A program made the position numbers and the translations under genes. DNA of 54,363 nt from Bdellovibrionales bacterium (GTDB taxonomy: Bacteria > Bdellovibrionota > Bdellovibrionia > Bdellovibrionales > JAMPXM01), in assembly GCA_043739185.1 (NCBI GenBank), contig JAYUEN010000116.1:1-54363 (forward strand). The letters run 5' to 3'. Positions 50,180 through 54,363 of the stretch are shown in pieces (position 1 is the first letter of the stretch; the number at the start of each line of letters is the position of its first letter). The notes under the pieces were generated by a model, which saw only the letters and a program-made list of their open reading frames with translations, was not told where the DNA came from and searched no databases.

Positions 50180-51358
50180 TTAACTGCATAGAACTCTTAC
50201 ACGCAAGCGATAGTTTTCAAAGTTCCTAAATCCGTAGGCTCGGCGAGAGATCATTTCCATTTTATTATGTAAACCCTCAGTAATGCCGTTAGTTTTTGAG
50301 AACCTAAACATACGAGCTATTTCTTCTTTCCAGTTCTCAAGAGTATTTCCCAAAGTTTGAAGATGCTTAAATGGAATCTTCTTAAGCTCTTCGATAATTC
50401 ATAAATACTCGGGGATAATGTCTTTGCATTGTTTTTTGTTAAGCCTAGACATTCGAAGTAGCCTTAAGAGATCTTGCCAAACGATGTATAAATTTATTAG
50501 CCCAGGGATTTCATTTAGATATTTGTGTAAGTTTATTCGCTGATCTTCTCGCATTCGATCAGGATGTCTTCGCATTAAACTGATTAAACCTCGATGCTTG
50601 CTGCCCACATCATCAAGCTCAGCCCAAGTCTTTACGAACCTGTGATTTACGATTCGAATCACATGGAAGCGATCGGCTACGATCATAGCATTTGTAAAAT
50701 GCTTCTTGGCTATTGATCGATAGGTTTCTGAGAGATCCATGAGGACGACGCGCACTTGCTCTTTGCCCTTTAACTTTTTGCAAAATGGCCCAAGAGCTTT
50801 TTCTGATCTGCCAAGTGTTACGTCAAAAACCTTATGTCTGGTAAGGTCCGCAATGGTCGTGGCAAAGCCTTCTTTGCGAGTGAAGTAGTGTTCATCAATG
50901 CCCATTACCTTCGGACAGAGAGCACTTTTAAACTCATTGTTTTTGACTCTAAAGTGATCTTGATACCACCGCTCAACTGTTGCCGACCCAAGCCCAAGAT
51001 GCTTGCATAAGCTTCGCTGAGTCCAACCGTTGTGATGAAGCTTTGTGACTTCATTTCGGCAAGGTTCAGAGGCCCGCCTTCTTGGCTGAACACCTGGGAA
51101 TCTTGAATTAAAATATTTGCCGCAACTACGACATAAATACTTGTGAGCCTTCACCACCAAATCAGATGGCCGTTGACCGTAAAGCACATGTTTAATGCGC
51201 CTCATGAAACTGTCTTTGATTCGTAAATTTGAACCTGAACAGCTAGGGCACTTAATTTTGCCTTCATACTCAACGCGCAAAGTGATGTGATTATTTCCAA
51301 GCACATCAAGAATCTTGAAACCGGGTAAGTCTAGTAGGATATTAACCGTAGGGGGCAT
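50180..51358 (-). pseudogene. ISL3 transposase interrupted by one in-frame TGA (50399-50401)
   Basis: Zn-finger CPSC...CRSC, GIDE, MDLS..Y, ADRFHV. After the TGA the same frame continues 72 aa (...KTNGITEGLHNKMEMISRRAYGFRNFENYRLRV...) to a TAA at 50180-50182. Confidence 0.9.
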
Positions 51359-51370
51359 CTCGGGAGCCTT

Positions 51371-51407
51371 TCTGTAAGATTATTTGTGGTAAAACAATCC
51401 TAGCAGA
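51371..51407 (-). other. Stem-loop between the IS left end and the transposase start
   Basis: On the minus strand TCTG-CT-AGGATTGTTT-taccac-AAATAATCTT-A-CAGA pairs with G:U wobbles, about 12 nt upstream of the ATG. Confidence 0.5.
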
Positions 51408-51980
51408 TTTCTCGACTGCCCCCGTTAATGATGTAGAGCCCATTAATTTTTGATTCTGCGAACACCGCGAACTTCGTTCGCAGTCGTGAATCCCGCTGTC
51501 GAGCCTACGGCTCTGTCGTGTGCTTCACTCCTACGCTGCACACTAAAGCCTGCCTTTGGGCAGCCTTTAGCGCGGCAACGTGGTTCGATCCCTGTTGCCT
51601 CCACCAATTTTGTTTCATTACTTTAATCTTTTTAATTGCATTAATTTTTGATTCTGCGAACACCGCGAACTTCGTTCGCAGTCGTGAATCCCGCTGTCGA
51701 GCCTACGGCTCTGTCGCGTGCTTCACTCCTACGCTGCACACTAAAGCCTGCCTTAGGGCAGCCTTTAGCGCGGCAACGTGGTTCGATCCCTGTTGCCTCC
51801 ACCAAATTCTTGTTCCAAAAAGTAAATCCTTTCAAATTTTTATTTTTTTTCTGCAACCCGGCAGGTTTCAACTACCATTGGAAGCTTCGTTTTTGAGCCT
51901 TTGGCTCTGCCTCGCGACTGCCACCCTCTCTTCATACGAGATTGCAAACTACTTCCGATTTATCGTGTGAGTCGCAGTTT

Positions 51981-52514
51981 CTATTTGCGGCTAGAGTCCG
52001 GACTGAAGAAGACCCCGTTTGCCATAATAATATCGGGGTGACTGGTTTGAAATTTAAATTTGCCAAGCATAGAATCAACCACAATAATTTCGGTTCGTCC
52101 GCCAGTATAGGCAGTTGTCTTTGAGGCCAACATGCTTAGCCATCCGGATTTTAATGGTACCGGCAAACCAGTTATCATATCAAAGATTTGTGCATTGTAA
52201 GTCCACATAATGCCTACTTTGGGTGTGCTTGAATCTAATGCCAAAATCAAATTATAGTTTGAAATATTGCCGCCAGTTCCACCATCATTCTTTGGGAGTT
52301 GGTCGGCAGTAGGTGAAGAATTCGTGCTGGGATCATATCGACCGTTAGCTAAGAGCGTAGAGGAATCCGTAGAAGTTCCGCCCTGTGTATTATCCTGCAT
52401 TTGAGATTCGAGTTTACCGCAGTTCTGAAAAATCAAGATCAACATTAAAAAGCCAAGCAAAACAAAAGGTTTTGATGGTTTCAACTCTAAGTAGTAATTT
52501 GCTAATGTCTTCAA
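51981..52514 (-). CDS. Hypothetical lipoprotein with FQNC-type lipobox
   Basis: Hydrophobic stretch FVLLGFLMLILIFQN-C followed by a Ser/Thr/Gly-rich linker; TTG start after AAGGTGAG. Confidence 0.65.
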   Translation of the reverse strand: MKTLANYYLELKPSKPFVLLGFLMLILIFQNCGKLESQMQDNTQGGTSTDSSTLLANGRYDPSTNSSPTADQLPKNDGGTGGNISNYNLILALDSSTPKVGIMWTYNAQIFDMITGLPVPLKSGWLSMLASKTTAYTGGRTEIIVVDSMLGKFKFQTSHPDIIMANGVFFSPDSSRK

Positions 52515-53051
52515 ACAATTCTCACCTTACGTTTTTTCAGGTTCATCGCTAACGGATAAGTATACTTAGATAAGGGATGCAACGAGAGGGCCAAGTCTAA
52601 GTATCCAAATTGAGAGCAATTTAATGAAATGAGTCGATTTCAATTGCGCCGATTTAATCAGAAAAACAACCAAATTTTTATTTATACCGAGCTTAATTGA
52701 TTAGTTTTCGATACTTAAAGAGTGTGTCAATCTACTAAGCCGATTTTAAAGTTGTACGTACGATTTTGATACACAATCTGAAGCAAGAACCCAGCTAAAA
52801 CTCTTCTCTGCTACAAAATTGCAAGGATCGCTACGGTGAATTCGGGCCCACATGCAATTGCTTGTCAGCAAAACCAAGATATTCAAGGCGTCGCCAATTG
52901 TCCTCCGGATTTCAATTCACTATGCGGATAGGTCTTGCTCTTAACTACATTATTGATTCTAAGAAAAAAGGAATGTGCCCAAGTTCATTCAAGCACCCAA
53001 TGATTTTAAGAGGACCTTTTGATTGTTCGGAATGTCTATTTGGAGCTATTT

Positions 53052-53612
53052 CTATGCTGAAAGATTGAAAAACCGAATGGGGAGACGAAGTAGCCAAGAT
53101 TTTTCTTTGGTTAAATCAAATCCAATTTGCTCACCACCAGCAATGACCGAATCAAATATCTTTTTTAGCAGTTGTATTTCTTCATTTGGATCCTCATTTA
53201 GATACAAAGCTTCTTCGATGGCATCAAATACGCTTCTGAGGTCTTGCGTGGTGACAACCTTTGGGACGCGAGTTGGGTCTAATCCGTTCAAAAATGCCGG
53301 TTTAAAGCCAATAAGATTTTCAGTAACTAAAACTTTTTTATTATCCTTTAAATTCACTTGCAAAAATGGCACGCCGTCGGTGTCGGCTCGTTGTATAAGA
53401 TTTTGAATCTCATTCACTTTGATATGAATCGACTTCGCATCTACTTTTTGTTGGAGCAGAAGCTCATTCGGTTGAAGCTCAACAATTTCAAGACCTGTTG
53501 ACGCCCGTATAAACCCAATTAACTTTTGTTTATACTCAATTTGCTGACCTGAATCTGCGTGCTGGTTCAAAGATTCCTCCACACCTATATTTTTATCGTC
53601 CTTCCCTAACAA
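53052..53612 (-). CDS. Hypothetical cytoplasmic protein divergent from the rRNA operon
   Basis: 186-aa ORF with globular-protein-like composition; start uncertain; no recognised family. Confidence 0.65.
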   Translation of the reverse strand: MLGKDDKNIGVEESLNQHADSGQQIEYKQKLIGFIRASTGLEIVELQPNELLLQQKVDAKSIHIKVNEIQNLIQRADTDGVPFLQVNLKDNKKVLVTENLIGFKPAFLNGLDPTRVPKVVTTQDLRSVFDAIEEALYLNEDPNEEIQLLKKIFDSVIAGGEQIGFDLTKEKSWLLRLPIRFFNLSA

Positions 53613-54053
53613 GAACTTAAAATTTTATCTTGGAAATAGTGTCGAATATTCTCAAAAGCATTCACTTTGCAAAAAAAAGCCTTACAAAAAATCAAAAATC
53701 TCGTTGTGAGACGTCGATATTTTTCTAACCAATTGAATTGGCATATTTTGAAATAACCTTAGGCAAATTTAGTCCAATTCAAAACTTTTCTTAAGACTTG
53801 AAGGATTGAATCCCCTCGCCGGCAGTGCGAATCTTTCAAATTTAACTTTTTTCAGTGTGGGGCCTCAATATTCGCACAATCAATGCTTAAAATTTGAAGA
53901 CTAAATTGAGTCTTTCGAAAAAGATGGGAGTTAATAAAATCCTCAATCGTCAGATTTTAGGCAGTATTTTAACGTAAATTCAATATGTTACGATGTATTT
54001 GGCATTTATAAAAAAAAAGCGAAAAATAAAATAACATAATCTTGAGAAATAAT

Positions 54054-54117
54054 TTGACGAACACTCCCGCATCAACTACACCTTTGCACTCTGCGATTCG
54101 ATTCGTTCTTTGAAAAC
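54054..54117 (+). promoter_or_regulatory. rRNA operon promoter region and boxA antiterminator
   Basis: A-rich UP-like tract, TTGACG (54054-54059) with a weak -10 (TACACC at 17 bp), and boxA-like GTTCTTTGAAAAC at 54105-54117. Confidence 0.6.
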
Positions 54118-54283
54118 TAAATAGCTAGAGAAATAGTAAGTGTTGGTTCTCGCATAATTGATTTTGGTTGCTTCGGCAATCAGAGTAAATCTTGTGAGTT
54201 TTAATATTAAAGTCTCTTCATAGCCCATTTATTTGGGTGAAAAAGAAGACTAGATGATAGCTAATTTCAAATTTACAGTTTTA

Positions 54284-54363
54284 TAACTGGAGAGTTTGAT
54301 TCTGGCTCAGAACGAACGCTTGCGGCGCGCCTAATACATGCAAGTCGAACGAGGTAGTAATAC
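54284..54363 (+). rRNA. rrs: 16S rRNA, 5' end (truncated by the window edge)
   Basis: AGAGTTTGATTCTGGCTCAG at 54291-54310 followed by AACGAACGCT.GCGGC..GCCTAATACATGCAAGTCGAAC. The mature 5' end is estimated from E. coli numbering. Confidence 0.97.

Larger units (their letters stand above)
50129..51440 (-). mobile_element. ISL3-family insertion sequence, 1312 bp
   Basis: Terminal IRs GGATCTTCACCGTTAACAGGGGCAGTCGA and (rc) GGCTCTACATCATTAACGGGGGCAGTCGA match at 24/29. 8-bp target duplication CATTAATT at 50121-50128 and 51441-51448. ISL3-type transposase inside. Confidence 0.95.
50089..51804 (+). repeat. Two tandem 198-bp tRNA-linked repeat units, each ending in the 3' 25 nt of tRNA-Ala; unit 1 is interrupted by an IS
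   Basis: GGTTCGATCCCTGTTGCCTCCACCA occurs at 50064-50088, 51582-51606 and 51780-51804. Unit 1 = 50089-50128 + 51449-51606; unit 2 = 51607-51804. They differ at only two positions (51519 T / 51717 C; 51557 T / 51755 A). Confidence 0.95.

Noticed and set aside
50399..50401. Genome-wide TGA recoding (code 4/25) to explain the transposase TGA
   Set aside because: TGA terminates normal genes in this window at expected lengths (fliL, hpf, lepB copy 3, pilD, pilQ), and Trp is encoded by TGG.
51582..51804. Additional tRNA-Ala genes at the two downstream GGTTCGATCCC...CCA copies
   Set aside because: Only the last 25 nt match; there is no D-arm, anticodon arm or proper 5' acceptor strand.
51518..51970. 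ORFs 51518-51970 (+), 51641-51871 (-) and 51648-51896 (+)
   Set aside because: They stay open partly because the 198-bp period is a multiple of 3. They run through tRNA-derived and hairpin sequence, lack an RBS and are not protein-like.
52515..53051. AT-rich intergenic region with short palindromes (e.g. TAAGTATACTTA at 52557-52568) and small ORFs
   Set aside because: No periodic repeat, recognisable RNA family or credible coding signal; short AT palindromes are expected at this composition.
50089..53612. Prophage or genomic island integrated at tRNA-Ala
   Set aside because: No integrase or phage genes; the att-like repeats enclose only 173-bp units plus the IS.

Overview
A mostly housekeeping and cell-envelope chromosomal window from a Gram-negative bacterium. 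Gene content and order point to Bdellovibrionota (inference, not a database match). The left part holds the 3' part of polA, a lipoprotein, an orphan FliL-like gene, an FHA-sigma54 activator, engB and kdsB-pyrG-kdsD. Next is a ten-gene Glt/Agl gliding cluster (two OM beta-barrels, GltC/D/E/F/G, AglR/Q/S) abutted by a convergent GYF-GYF-PilZ gene. Then come a long LptC(+LptA-like) gene, lptB, rpoN, a divergent RNase Y, hpf, metK, lepA, three tandem signal peptidases I and pyrB-carA-hypothetical-carB. A type IV pilus block (ABC pair, pilD, pilMNOPQ, a lipoprotein), rarA and a cupin follow. The accessory part is at 50.0-51.8 kb. There, tRNA-Ala(TGC) is followed by two tandem 198-bp units, each hairpin-rich and ending in an exact copy of the last 25 nt of the tRNA including CCA. 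The first unit is split by a 1312-bp ISL3 element (29-bp imperfect IRs, 8-bp target duplication CATTAATT) whose transposase carries one in-frame TGA. The window ends in an rRNA leader (boxA) and the first ~80 nt of a 16S rRNA gene. The best leads are the tRNA-3'-end repeat array with minihelix-like ends, the GYF-GYF-PilZ protein next to the gliding motor, an apparent lipid-anchor swap between PilP and PilQ, the LptC-LptA-type fusion and a structured metK leader. All protein calls come from motif recognition by eye; no searches were run.
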